From a virus: a stretch of 64,000 bases of DNA. Shown one piece after another: positions 20,318 to 29,980 of this stretch. Location: the IMG/VR virus record IMGVR_UViG_3300033153_009650, positions 1 to 64,000 of that record; one strand, given 5' to 3'. The notes below the pieces were generated by a model. The model worked only from the letters and a program-made list of their open reading frames with translations. It made no database searches and had not been told where the DNA came from. The translations under genes were made by a program, and so were the position numbers. Every line of letters begins with the position of its first letter. Position 1 is the first letter of the stretch.

Positions 20318-20431
20318 GCTTTTGTTCCTCCTGTCTTTTAGTGGTTAATATCGCCTTTGTAATTATCTTTGTCAAAAGATAAACTCCGATAATTAACAAG
20401 GGAATTCCTCCGAATATAATTAAAAACTCTT

Positions 20432-20950
20432 TCATTGTTTTCTCGTTCTTCTCCTTCGATTAATTCCTTCTCTCTGTTTTTCTGAAGCCTTATCCCTTGC
20501 CCTATCCACCATTCGTTTTCCTGACGGAAGATCCCGAGGCTCCTTTGGCCCTGCGAAATAACTTGCCATATAGAGCGTGACAAGATTTTCCAAAGCTTTC
20601 TTTCTGTGATCAAAAGATCTGACTGCCGCTTGAAGCAGATTAACTTCAAGATTTGCATCTGTAAGAAGATCTTGAACCTCTGTGAATCGAGCCTCCATAA
20701 GAATTGCTCCAGCAACCACAGTTTCTGTTATCTTTGAAATTCCATAGTCATCAGGTTTTTTTCTGATATCCCGATCTACCTGCGCCCTTGTTACATCAAG
20801 TTTTTCTTTGATCTTATCTCGCGACTTTTGTGCTTGAGCTAATGCCTCAGAATATTTCATATAGAGATTGGGATGTAATAACCATTCATCATCAAGTGCA
20901 TGAGGATCAATTGCCAGATCGTTTTCATAGTTAAAATTTTCTTTATCCAT
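20432..20950 (-). CDS. UvsY-like recombination mediator candidate (coiled coil)
   Basis: Helical 172-aa protein (DLAIDPHALDDEW...KKALENLVTL) next to SSB and RecA; assigned from context. Confidence 0.45.
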   Translation of the reverse strand: MDKENFNYENDLAIDPHALDDEWLLHPNLYMKYSEALAQAQKSRDKIKEKLDVTRAQVDRDIRKKPDDYGISKITETVVAGAILMEARFTEVQDLLTDANLEVNLLQAAVRSFDHRKKALENLVTLYMASYFAGPKEPRDLPSGKRMVDRARDKASEKQREGINRRRRTRKQ

Positions 20951-20960
20951 TTTTATTCAC

Positions 20961-21015
20961 CTCCTTTCTAAGTATTATATATTATTTTTAAGCTTTTTTA
21001 ATATTTTATTTTTTT
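20961..21015 (-). promoter_or_regulatory. Conserved phage promoter box (copy 1) with RBS
   Basis: Minus strand AAAATAAAATATTAAAAAAGCTTAAAAATAATATATAATACTTAGAAAGGAG, with TATAAT -10. Near-identical copies at 21185, 36648, 42690, 46398. Confidence 0.75.
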
Positions 21016-21029
21016 GCGCTCATAATCCA

Positions 21030-21165
21030 TGGTTTTCTCAAAAAGCCTGGCTCGCTCTCTTTCCTTGGTTTTCTCAACATTAATGGCTCGCTCGTTTATT
21101 GTGGTTTTCTCAGAACAGATGGCTCGCTCTTCATTAGTGGTTTTCTCAACATTAATGGCTCGCTC
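21030..21165 (-). ncRNA. TIGR-like dual-repeat guide-RNA array, 4 units of 36 bp
   Basis: Minus strand alternation of GAGCGAGCCA-N7-TGAGAAAACCA-N8 with exact 36-nt period, plus a partial terminal repeat GAGCGC. Own promoter box immediately upstream. Confidence 0.7.
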
Positions 21166-21184
21166 TTTTTTCACCTACTTTTAT

Positions 21185-21228
21185 AGTATTATATAATATT
21201 TTCAGGCTTTTTTAATATTTTATTTTTT
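21185..21228 (-). promoter_or_regulatory. Conserved phage promoter box (copy 2), upstream of the 36-bp array
   Basis: AAAATAAAATATTAAAAAAGCCTGAAAATATTATATAATACT; unlike the other copies it lacks the AAAGGAG RBS. Confidence 0.7.
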
Positions 21229-21324
21229 GTCCTTCCGACTTCTTTTCAATTCAAGGAATTTAATAACCCCCACATTTCCTTTAGTTTTTCTCCTGTACTT
21301 TTTATTTCCATTTTTTATCCTTTC

Positions 21325-22248
21325 CTAAAAAGGAACATTTCGTTTTTCGTCATCAAGACATTCCCAACACGCCAAAGTTAATAAAGCTTTTCCTCCATAA
21401 AAGAAATTTTCTTTGAAACAATCGATTACCAATGCTCCTAATCCATTACCATTTAGCAGTACAGAATTCATATAGCCTAAAACCGCCTGCCTAACTTTTT
21501 CTGGCTCTATTTTAATTCCTTTCAAAATTTCTGCAATCACAGGCCAATCATTTCCTTTAATCAATGCCCTGCATAAATCAATAACCTGCTTATCCCCAAT
21601 GGCGGCTATTTTAACAACTTCTTCCTGTTCATCTGGAGGAAGATCTATGATCTGATCCAAAATAATCAATGCGCTTCGAGGACATCCATCAACAGATTCA
21701 ATTATTAAATCTTTGGCTGACTTATCAATTTCTAAATCTTCCTCTTTCAAGACCCAGTCAAGCAATTCATCAATCTGATCTTCAGTTAGTTTATCAACAT
21801 CAAAAACGGAACATCTATTTCTAATTGTCTTTAAAAGTTTTCCAGGATCGGTTGTACAAAGAATAAAATAAACATGATCAGGAGTATCCTCCAAGGGTTT
21901 GAGCAAGGCAGTCTGAAAATCTTTGGTTCCCATATGGACTTCGTCCATGAGAATTACTCTCACCGGTCCTGCTATTGGCATATAAGAAATTGTTTGAATG
22001 ATTTCTCGGGCGGTATCGATACCTCTGCTATTAGCGGCATTGATCTCAATAAAATCTTGATCATCGCATTTTAATTCTTCCTTCATTATTCTTGCTAAGG
22101 TTGTTTTTCCACATCCGCTTGGGCCTTGAAAGAGAAATGTATGAGGGCAATCTTCTCTTCCTAATACTGATCTCAATTTTTTTACAGTTTCTTCGTTTCC
22201 AATTATTTCTCCGAAATTTCTGGGCCGATAATCTATATGTAATGGCAT
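21325..22248 (-). CDS. dnaX: Clamp loader AAA+ subunit (DnaX gamma/tau-like)
   Basis: YRPRNFGEIIG, GPSGCGKTT, EINAA, DEVH, LLKPLED, TIRNRC. Confidence 0.85.
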   Translation of the reverse strand: MPLHIDYRPRNFGEIIGNEETVKKLRSVLGREDCPHTFLFQGPSGCGKTTLARIMKEELKCDDQDFIEINAANSRGIDTAREIIQTISYMPIAGPVRVILMDEVHMGTKDFQTALLKPLEDTPDHVYFILCTTDPGKLLKTIRNRCSVFDVDKLTEDQIDELLDWVLKEEDLEIDKSAKDLIIESVDGCPRSALIILDQIIDLPPDEQEEVVKIAAIGDKQVIDLCRALIKGNDWPVIAEILKGIKIEPEKVRQAVLGYMNSVLLNGNGLGALVIDCFKENFFYGGKALLTLACWECLDDEKRNVPF

Positions 22249-22266
22249 TTATTTTCTCCTTTCATA

Positions 22267-22512
22267 TCATAAAGATTTCTTAAATTTAGTACAGAGCGGT
22301 CGTCCTTTCTTAAATATCCATTCTTTAGGGTAATTAGGCTCATCGACATCAAAAACCGTTGTGTTTGCAATTATTTCACACAGAGGTTCATCAGGATAAT
22401 TGTCATGTATACATTGATCACAAAAGTACGCCATGAATATTTCGCCCTCTGTTCCATTGCTTGGTCTGTACGGTGAACCATCTTTCCGTTTCCAAGTTGC
22501 ATCTCTTCTCAT
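22267..22512 (-). CDS. Conserved phage hypothetical protein
   Basis: YRPSNGTEG...FCDQC...CEII...YPKEW pattern, RBS. Confidence 0.55.
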   Translation of the reverse strand: MRRDATWKRKDGSPYRPSNGTEGEIFMAYFCDQCIHDNYPDEPLCEIIANTTVFDVDEPNYPKEWIFKKGRPLCTKFKKSL

Positions 22513-22521
22513 TGTAAAACC

Positions 22522-22655
22522 CTCCTTAAAATTAGGTTAAAATCTCTTCTAAAATAACCCGAAACCCTTATGAAATACAGCCTATAATCAATCTTCTTGC
22601 TCTTATCCATATCAGTATATAGGTTTTTAAAAAGAAACTGTTATTTTGGCGATTT
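22522..22655 (-). repeat. Dispersed ~135-bp element, copy 2
   Basis: Diverged homolog of 6114-6248, starting at the dnaE stop codon. Confidence 0.75.
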
Positions 22656-25600
22656 CAATATCTCTAATGTCCTAATGAAATTTTCAATTCCTTCTTCAAA
22701 TTTTGGTTTATTCCCAGGGTTATGTTTGACTGATGCGGGATGTAAACACCAACAAATCCATAAACCCATTTTTTCATTCCATTCAGTTCTTCCACACATA
22801 TCTGTTATACCCGAATCTTTATCTGTAAAAGCTTTGATGCAGGTATTGCCAAAAGCAAGTATCAATCTGCATTTTATTTTTCTTAATTCCTCTTGTAACC
22901 AATCTGAACAATATTCAATATGCTTCTTGGTAGGAGTTTTGATTTTTCTTCCTGGATAACATTTAACACAATTTGTCACATGAAAGAAAGATCTCTTGTA
23001 TCCATATTTTGCAATTTCCTTCCATAACAATTCTCCAGCGGGAGCTTTTTCATAAAAACCTCTTCCTTCTTTATTTTCTTGAGGCCCAGGACCTTCTCCT
23101 ATTATAGCGGCATTATAAATTCCTTGTGATGGAAGAACGGGAGCAAGAGCCTGAAAGTGAAGTTCGCATCCTGTACATTTTAATAATTCCATGTTTCTGA
23201 ATCTTTTGCGTTTAATAATATTGCGGAAAGAGACTTGATGTTCATCCTTGAACTTCAAGGACAAATAATATTGCAAATCCTCATCAGGAAAACTATATCC
23301 TAAAGTAGAATGTAATTTTGGATAAAGGTCTTTTTTATCTCCTGATAAATTAAATGAAAATAATTCTTGTGCTTCTTTTGGATATCCTTCTTTAGTATAC
23401 GCCCCAATTTGTTTGAGTATTTTATCCAGAGAACTACCCGGTTTCGCCACGGGATTTACTTCTTCCTGATCGAAAAAGCCCCTTTGTCTTCGTTGAATAG
23501 TTTTCTTTTCTGTACATTGAATAGCCGCTTTATCTCCAATACCTTTCACCTCAATAAAAGGAACATATAAATTGCCATTTTTCGCTATCCATTTATGAGA
23601 GTCAGATATTCCTATTTTAGGAGGAATTATATCTCTGCCTAAATTACGGGCTTCATTCATTAAATCTTCTTTGCTTCCTTCAGTCCCAAAAGATAGATAG
23701 GCACAAATAAATTCTGTAGAATAATGTACCTTGCAGTATCCGGTCCAATATCCAAGCAAAGCATATTCAATAGAATGGGCTTTATTAAATCCATAACTTG
23801 CCCATTTTTGAAGTCCATCCCAAAATTCTTCTGCCTCTGCTTCATCCATTGTTCTTTGTTTTAAACAGCCTTTTAAAAACATTTCCCAATATTTTTTAAA
23901 TTCTTTCGGATCTCTTTTCTTACCAATTACTTTACGGATTTTATCTGCTATGGTATATGATAAACCCGCTACTTCAGATATGACTTTCATTACCTGTTCT
24001 TGATAGACAAGAATTCCATAAGTGTCTTTTGTAATTTCCTCATAAATATGATGTTTATGTTTCCACAATATTCCTTTTGGAAGTTTCTTTTTTCTTTGGA
24101 TATATTCCCCTGTCATTCCAGAGTTGAAAGGTCCAGGGCGAACAAGGGCGATAATAGTAGCAATATCTTCAAATTTTTGGATCTTAATTTCTTTGGCAAG
24201 ATCGGTTGTTGGTTTCGCAGATAACTGAAACATTCCAAAAGTATTTCCTTTATTAATTTCGGAAAAGACTTTTTTATCGTCAAGAGAAATATCCTCAAAA
24301 ATAATATCTTTATTTTGTGAAATTTTAATCAGTCTTTTACATTCATTCAAAACAGTTAAAGTATTGAGGCCTAAAATGTCTAATTTCATTAATCCTACAT
24401 ATTCAGAATCTTCCATATTCCAATTGCACATAATTCGATCATTACGAATACAGAGATTACATCTGTCTCCTTGTCTTAAATCATCAGCAGAAATAATCAC
24501 AGCGGCGGCATGTTGACCAGAATTTCGGATTTGCCCTTCCAATTTGATTGCCAATTTTGTTACTTCAGGATACCTTTTTTTGAATTTTCTTCCTTCATCT
24601 GTTTCTTTGGAGGCTATATCAACAAAACTATCCTCTTGCTGTTTTTCTGTGATATTTATTGCTTTAGCAAATTCATCAACCTCTTTATAAGGGACATCAA
24701 ATACTCGGGCAACGTCTCTTATCACTCCTCTGGCTTTCATTTTGGAGAAGGTAGATATGCCAGATACATTATATTTACCATATAAATCTTCAAGATGTTG
24801 GATAACTTCTTCCCTTCGGATATCCTCAAAGTCAAGATCAATATCAGGATAGTCGATTCTATCTTCTGCAATAAATCTTTCAAAAAGAAGATCATATTCA
24901 ATAGGATCGACTTTTGTTATACCAGTTAAATAAGCAACAAGAGATCCTCCGACTGAACCTCTGCCAGGCCCAACCATAATTTTTTGTTTTTTACACCATG
25001 TAATAAGCTCTAAAACAATTAAAAAATATCTTGCAAACCTCTTTCGGTTAATCAGTTCTAATTCCATTTCCATTCTTGGTCTGTATTCATCTCTTTGAAG
25101 TTCATTGATTCCTAAATTATCCAATCCTTCGTGAGCCAAACGCTTTAATTCTTTACCATGTTCTTTTGGTCCCCAATCTGGTTGTATCGGAGGCAAGGAA
25201 ATATCTTGCTTTGAAATTCTAAATTCACAACATTGTTTGGCTACTTTTATGGTATTCCTCATAGCAATTAAATATTCTGAACGAGAGAAATGATTTTGTT
25301 TTCTAAAAGCTTCTGCCATTTCGTCTGCTGTCCGAAGATGCAATCCTTTGAAGTTAAATTTAAAACGATTTTCATCATCCCATTTTGCCTTGGTTTGTAT
25401 AGCAAGAAGAACTTCCTGGACTTTCCATTCATCCTCATTTATATAATGGCAGTCATTTGTAGCTATAAAGGGAATGTTTTTATATTCTTCAAGAAGACGA
25501 TAAGCTTTTATGGTATCGTGAATTTCTTTTTGAACTTCGATATTGTGAGGCATTATTTCAAAATATAAATCATCACAATATTGATGTAATTTGTAAAGAA

Positions 25601-26066
25601 ATTCCGTTGCTCCTTCTAAATGAAGAAATGAACCTGCACAAGCTGTCATAATTACAAAATCCGATAGTTCGCATCCTAATAAATAATTATAATCGATTCT
25701 TGGAATAGTTCTCCCATACACACTTCTTGCTCCAGTTAGATTGGCATAGGTGAGGAGCCGGCAGAGACTTTCAAATCCATTTTGATTTTTAACAAGGAGC
25801 GTTATATGTCCTCTTTTTTCTTTTTGAGGTTTAATAGCTGCATTGGGAACGATATAAGCTTCACAGCCCAGTATTGGTTTAATACCTTGTTTATTACATT
25901 CCCTTTGGAAGTTGAGAAGGCCGTCGATGTTACCATGATCTGTGCAAGCTAAAAATTTGAATCCTAATTCCTTGGCTTTTTTAACATAATTTTTTACTGT
26001 ACCAAATCCATCTAACTGAGAATATTCAGTATGTACATGAAGGTGAGCAAACGTTTTGTTTAGCAT
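22641..26066 (-). CDS. dnaE: DNA polymerase III alpha (PHP + polymerase core + HhH) fused to C-terminal family-4 uracil-DNA glycosylase
   Basis: HLHVHTEYSQLDG, TDHG, TNDCHY, GRGSVGGS, PDIDLD, KLDILGL, YGFNKAH. C-terminus CTGCEL, IIGEGPG, VTNCVKC, HPA (UDG family 4). Confidence 0.92.
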   Translation of the reverse strand: MLNKTFAHLHVHTEYSQLDGFGTVKNYVKKAKELGFKFLACTDHGNIDGLLNFQRECNKQGIKPILGCEAYIVPNAAIKPQKEKRGHITLLVKNQNGFESLCRLLTYANLTGARSVYGRTIPRIDYNYLLGCELSDFVIMTACAGSFLHLEGATEFLYKLHQYCDDLYFEIMPHNIEVQKEIHDTIKAYRLLEEYKNIPFIATNDCHYINEDEWKVQEVLLAIQTKAKWDDENRFKFNFKGLHLRTADEMAEAFRKQNHFSRSEYLIAMRNTIKVAKQCCEFRISKQDISLPPIQPDWGPKEHGKELKRLAHEGLDNLGINELQRDEYRPRMEMELELINRKRFARYFLIVLELITWCKKQKIMVGPGRGSVGGSLVAYLTGITKVDPIEYDLLFERFIAEDRIDYPDIDLDFEDIRREEVIQHLEDLYGKYNVSGISTFSKMKARGVIRDVARVFDVPYKEVDEFAKAINITEKQQEDSFVDIASKETDEGRKFKKRYPEVTKLAIKLEGQIRNSGQHAAAVIISADDLRQGDRCNLCIRNDRIMCNWNMEDSEYVGLMKLDILGLNTLTVLNECKRLIKISQNKDIIFEDISLDDKKVFSEINKGNTFGMFQLSAKPTTDLAKEIKIQKFEDIATIIALVRPGPFNSGMTGEYIQRKKKLPKGILWKHKHHIYEEITKDTYGILVYQEQVMKVISEVAGLSYTIADKIRKVIGKKRDPKEFKKYWEMFLKGCLKQRTMDEAEAEEFWDGLQKWASYGFNKAHSIEYALLGYWTGYCKVHYSTEFICAYLSFGTEGSKEDLMNEARNLGRDIIPPKIGISDSHKWIAKNGNLYVPFIEVKGIGDKAAIQCTEKKTIQRRQRGFFDQEEVNPVAKPGSSLDKILKQIGAYTKEGYPKEAQELFSFNLSGDKKDLYPKLHSTLGYSFPDEDLQYYLSLKFKDEHQVSFRNIIKRKRFRNMELLKCTGCELHFQALAPVLPSQGIYNAAIIGEGPGPQENKEGRGFYEKAPAGELLWKEIAKYGYKRSFFHVTNCVKCYPGRKIKTPTKKHIEYCSDWLQEELRKIKCRLILAFGNTCIKAFTDKDSGITDMCGRTEWNEKMGLWICWCLHPASVKHNPGNKPKFEEGIENFIRTLEILKSPK

Positions 26067-26103
26067 ATATAATCCTCGTTTCTTTATTTCCTGAATTAAC
26101 TTT

Positions 26104-26457
26104 TTATTTTTGTCTTCCTAAATTATAATATGGCTGTGTTAGAAAAATTTTCTTTCCAATAGATTTAGCATATCTTTTTTCTTTTTCAATGCCCCTTGAT
26201 TGAGGCCAATATGGCAAATTAGCAATTACCATCTCATCACACCAATCGATCCATAATCTATTGAGCTTTTCCCAATAATTAGAGCTGATTGGTAAGGATC
26301 CATATATTGCTATTGGATGAGAATGTGCAATAGGGCAAAATACAGCATTTCCTTCGTTTATCAATTTTGCGGCTATTTTGCAGACCTCTTTAAATCTCTG
26401 TTCCCGTATGTTTGGATTTCTATGCGAATATGGACTTGCCAAATATATTTTTTTCAT
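26104..26457 (-). CDS. DUF1937 / nucleoside 2-deoxyribosyltransferase-like protein
   Basis: IYLASPYSH...FCPIAHSH...CDEM...SRGIEKE. Confidence 0.75.
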   Translation of the reverse strand: MKKIYLASPYSHRNPNIREQRFKEVCKIAAKLINEGNAVFCPIAHSHPIAIYGSLPISSNYWEKLNRLWIDWCDEMVIANLPYWPQSRGIEKEKRYAKSIGKKIFLTQPYYNLGRQK

Positions 26458-28760
26458 TATTTTGCCTGCGCGATATTAAATCCCCTATTTCTTTTTCCAA
26501 CTGATTTCAAATTTCTTATTGCCACGTCATAATATCCTTTCTTGAGCTCGCATCCCTTGAATTTCCGTTCAAGTTTTAAAGCAACATATCCCGTTGAACC
26601 AATTCCTGCGAACGGGTCATATATAATATCCCCTGGATTGCTCCATAATTTGATCGCCCTTTCGATTACCCCAAGTTGCAAAGGGGCCAAATGTTTTTCG
26701 TCTTTGTTATTCTTTGCATCTCGATAATTTCTCAAAACATCTGTTTGTCTTATACCACCAGGATATTGAGGAGTTTGTCTATACCAAACAGGAGCAGCCC
26801 ACTCAATCCACTCTTCTTGAGTAATCCATCCTTGTTCTTTATTTTTTCCTGCTTTTATAGGATTAATATTTTCTCCAGGCTTTCTGAATTGTAATAAGTA
26901 ATCCGCTAAGGCACAATGCAAATGAGAAGCGTCAGATCTCAATGTTTTAAAAAGCAAGCCCCTATCTTTAGTCCTGATAGCTGTTACTTGAGGATTCTTA
27001 TCGATGCAAACTTCTCCATAATAAATCCAACCTTCTTTTTCCATCATTTGTATCACTTTACCTCGGAAATCCTTAATACCAATATACCCATCTCTACTTT
27101 GAAAAGCAACTCCTTGGCATAGATGGATACAACAATGACGACCAGGCATAGTAATTCTCAAGAGATGATCTTTATTAATGACAAATCGGAATTGCTCAAT
27201 TAACTCCTCAATAGATTTTGTATTACCAATATCATGTTGGCTATTGGTATATACATACATTCCAGGAAACGGAGGACTGAAAACAGATAGCCCAATCGAA
27301 TCCGTCTTAATATTTTTCATTGTCAACACACTATCTCCCAATTGTAATTCCCACCCTTCCCTTTTCTTGATTTTTTCCATGTAAATCATTTCCTCTCTTT
27401 TTGTTCCAAGCTGTCCTGACAGATTCATATTTAAGATTAACTCATTAAACATTTTTGTAGAATCTTTTTCCTTTCGTTTGATATTCTTTACCACTCCCCC
27501 TTCAATTTCCGTAGTAATAACATAAACATTTACAGGATGCTTTTGACCAAATCGCCAGCATCTCCTCATCGCTTGATAAAACTTTTCATAAGAATCGCTT
27601 AATCCGACAAATGCCATATTGTGACAAGATTGAAAATTCATTCCAAATCCAGCAATAGAAGGCTTTGTCACAAGACATTTGATTTTTCCATCCTGAAAAT
27701 CAAGTAGCGACTGTTCCTTATGTTGTGATGAATCAGATCCTTTAACTTCTACCGAGTTATTAATCTGCTTGGAAAGTAAATTTGACTCTTTATTAAGATC
27801 GCACCAAATTAACCATGTTTCATTTGATTTGTTTATTATTTCAGAACATAGTTCGATTCTACTTTCAATACTATTTTGTCTTGCAATTTGTCTGTCCCTC
27901 AAACCTCTTGCCTCAGTCGCAAATAATTCTCCTGGTTTGATATCTCTGTTTGTTGCAGGAATTGTTTTTTGAATTATCCTTAATTCCGGCAAGATAAATC
28001 CATCGTTGTCATAGCCTAAATCAGAAGGAGAACGCAGGGCTACAGACCACGATGCAAGCCACTTCCAAAATGCTTGTTTTGCATGGCCTTTGAGAACCCA
28101 TTTTTGGACCATATCCTGAGCCCGATTGGTAAAGAATAACGATTTAATCTCTTTCTCTGTCATTATCCCAAGGAACTCGGCATGATTGATTATTTCAAGC
28201 AGATCATTTGGCGCTGGGGTAGCCGTACAAGCGAATCGAAAAGGAACTTGAGAACCAAACTCTGTAATTGCCTTTCTGAATTTGCCATCAAATCCCTTCA
28301 AAATTGAACTCTCGTCCAATACAATCCCTCCGAGATTATCAGAATTGAAATTCTTCAACATTTCATAGTTAGTAATATTGATTCCCTTTTTAATATTAGC
28401 TTGCCTACGACAAATATTCACAGGGACATGGAATTTTATTCCTTCTCTTTGTGTCTGCTTTGACACGGCAAGAGGAGCGAATATCAAGACTGGAAGTTTG
28501 GTTTTTTTCACAACATGGTTTGCCCAATCCAACTGGATAGGGGTCTTGCCCAATCCACAATCCGCAAAACAGGCAGAGCGGCCTCTCATCAATGCCCATT
28601 TTGTGATATCTTTTTGAAAGTTAAACAACATCGGATTCAACTTATTGGAAGAAAGTCGAAATCCCGAGTTGATATCCTCTATAGTTTTCTGTTCGAGAAA
28701 TTTTTGGTATTTAAGATCTTCCATTTTTTGATTTTTTGATTGGTTAGTAAAATTCTCCAA
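26457..28760 (-). CDS. SF2 helicase fused to amino (N4-C/N6-A) DNA methyltransferase
   Basis: DCGLGKT, DESS, TATP, GFGMNFQ, QAMRRCWRFGQ; then SPPF (motif IV) and DPFAGIGST (motif I), beta-class order. Confidence 0.88.
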   Translation of the reverse strand: MENFTNQSKNQKMEDLKYQKFLEQKTIEDINSGFRLSSNKLNPMLFNFQKDITKWALMRGRSACFADCGLGKTPIQLDWANHVVKKTKLPVLIFAPLAVSKQTQREGIKFHVPVNICRRQANIKKGINITNYEMLKNFNSDNLGGIVLDESSILKGFDGKFRKAITEFGSQVPFRFACTATPAPNDLLEIINHAEFLGIMTEKEIKSLFFTNRAQDMVQKWVLKGHAKQAFWKWLASWSVALRSPSDLGYDNDGFILPELRIIQKTIPATNRDIKPGELFATEARGLRDRQIARQNSIESRIELCSEIINKSNETWLIWCDLNKESNLLSKQINNSVEVKGSDSSQHKEQSLLDFQDGKIKCLVTKPSIAGFGMNFQSCHNMAFVGLSDSYEKFYQAMRRCWRFGQKHPVNVYVITTEIEGGVVKNIKRKEKDSTKMFNELILNMNLSGQLGTKREEMIYMEKIKKREGWELQLGDSVLTMKNIKTDSIGLSVFSPPFPGMYVYTNSQHDIGNTKSIEELIEQFRFVINKDHLLRITMPGRHCCIHLCQGVAFQSRDGYIGIKDFRGKVIQMMEKEGWIYYGEVCIDKNPQVTAIRTKDRGLLFKTLRSDASHLHCALADYLLQFRKPGENINPIKAGKNKEQGWITQEEWIEWAAPVWYRQTPQYPGGIRQTDVLRNYRDAKNNKDEKHLAPLQLGVIERAIKLWSNPGDIIYDPFAGIGSTGYVALKLERKFKGCELKKGYYDVAIRNLKSVGKRNRGFNIAQAK

Positions 28761-28842
28761 AACGATTCGAGGTTATGTCTGACTTTGGGAAGTCTTTTGT
28801 AAGAGACGGTTTCTCTCATAATGGTATCTGCAAAATAAATTT

Positions 28843-29841
28843 TCATTTAGAAGCCAAAGAAATAACATGTTGAAAATTATCGCCTTCAAAAAGAAGAGAC
28901 ATTTCTCCAATGGTAACTTCTTTGAGTCTATTCAAAATTTCTCTAAGAAATACCGGATGTATGAAAAGTTTAATTTCTTCTCCTGTGTATCTAATACGAT
29001 GTTCTTCTTCAATAAAACCAAGAGGACCTTGCCCTTTACATATTAAAGTTGATTTTTTAAGAGTCAAGGAAATGATCAAATCCTGTTCAAATTCTGTTTT
29101 GGCCAGAATTTCTGCCCTATCAATAGATTCGGCAAGACTGACAGGGAATTTTACTTTCTCTCCTTCCACTTTCAAAAAAGATTCTATATCAGGATATTCA
29201 ACATCCATGATTCGAGTACTGAAGATTGTTTTTTCTTCATTAATAAAATGAAGCCATTCCTTTTGTAGAGAATATTTTATTGGAGAATAGTTGATAAGAT
29301 GAGTGGCTGCATTCCCCGGGAGAAAAAATTCTTTTTTAATGGACTGATTCATAATTCTTTTTGTAATCCGAAATTTATCAGTAGATAAAATTTTGTTTTT
29401 AATAATTCTAAGATTAGTAAGTTCCGGTCTGGTCATATCTTTACTCACGGAAAACAAACAGAACTTAACTGCATTGGAAAAATCATCTGATAAAGGAAGC
29501 CATGTTTGAATATCATCGAAGAAAAGAGGAAGCTTGTGTTCTTGTGTAATATTGATATGGGCTTTGCTTCTCTTTCCTTTAATAATAAATTTATCTTCTT
29601 CCATTTGAATGTCTAATTCTTCGTCAGGTAATTTACTGATTAAAGCAAAAAATTCATTGGCTTTGACTGCCCCTTGTAATCCTGTCTTCATCATTTGTAG
29701 AATAGAAATTTGATCATTGTAAGTTTGGATTGTCGTTTCATTGAAAACAAAATGAGTCGTGAATTCAATGATTTCTTTATTTGCCAATCCAGGTTTAACT
29801 TTAACCAAAGCTTCTACTAACTCTTGTCTATTAATTTTCAT
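28843..29841 (-). CDS. dnaN: DNA polymerase sliding clamp (beta subunit-like)
   Basis: MKINRQEL..., FSVSKDMTRPELT, STDKFRI, YPD, FxHPxFL; 332 aa. Confidence 0.75.
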   Translation of the reverse strand: MKINRQELVEALVKVKPGLANKEIIEFTTHFVFNETTIQTYNDQISILQMMKTGLQGAVKANEFFALISKLPDEELDIQMEEDKFIIKGKRSKAHINITQEHKLPLFFDDIQTWLPLSDDFSNAVKFCLFSVSKDMTRPELTNLRIIKNKILSTDKFRITKRIMNQSIKKEFFLPGNAATHLINYSPIKYSLQKEWLHFINEEKTIFSTRIMDVEYPDIESFLKVEGEKVKFPVSLAESIDRAEILAKTEFEQDLIISLTLKKSTLICKGQGPLGFIEEEHRIRYTGEEIKLFIHPVFLREILNRLKEVTIGEMSLLFEGDNFQHVISLASK

Positions 29842-29980
29842 AATGTCTCCTTTTTAATTTTTTTAATCCACATTATTAATGATTCTTTCTGAAAAGCCAG
29901 TTCCTCAATAACATAGTAAAATGAAATAAGCCGTTTATGAATATAATATATAATTCTGTTCCCGCAAAGTATATTTTCAT
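29838..29980 (-). pseudogene. Frameshifted small ORF resembling the N-terminal strands of DpdA/TGT-like proteins
   Basis: MKIYFAGTELYII in one frame. HKRLISFYY...KETL* continues in the -1 frame after a TA-rich run and ends ATGA-coupled to the clamp gene. Confidence 0.4.

Noticed and set aside
21030-21165. CRISPR array
   Set aside because: Two alternating 10-11-bp repeats with 7-8-bp variable parts, far shorter than CRISPR repeats and spacers; no cas genes.
20998-21174. 58-aa repeat protein (ERAxxxEKTxxx) as the explanation for the array
   Set aside because: The frame is open, but the repeats are invariant at synonymous positions, the start is GTG and the RBS is weak. This favours RNA-level constraint. 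Not fully excluded.
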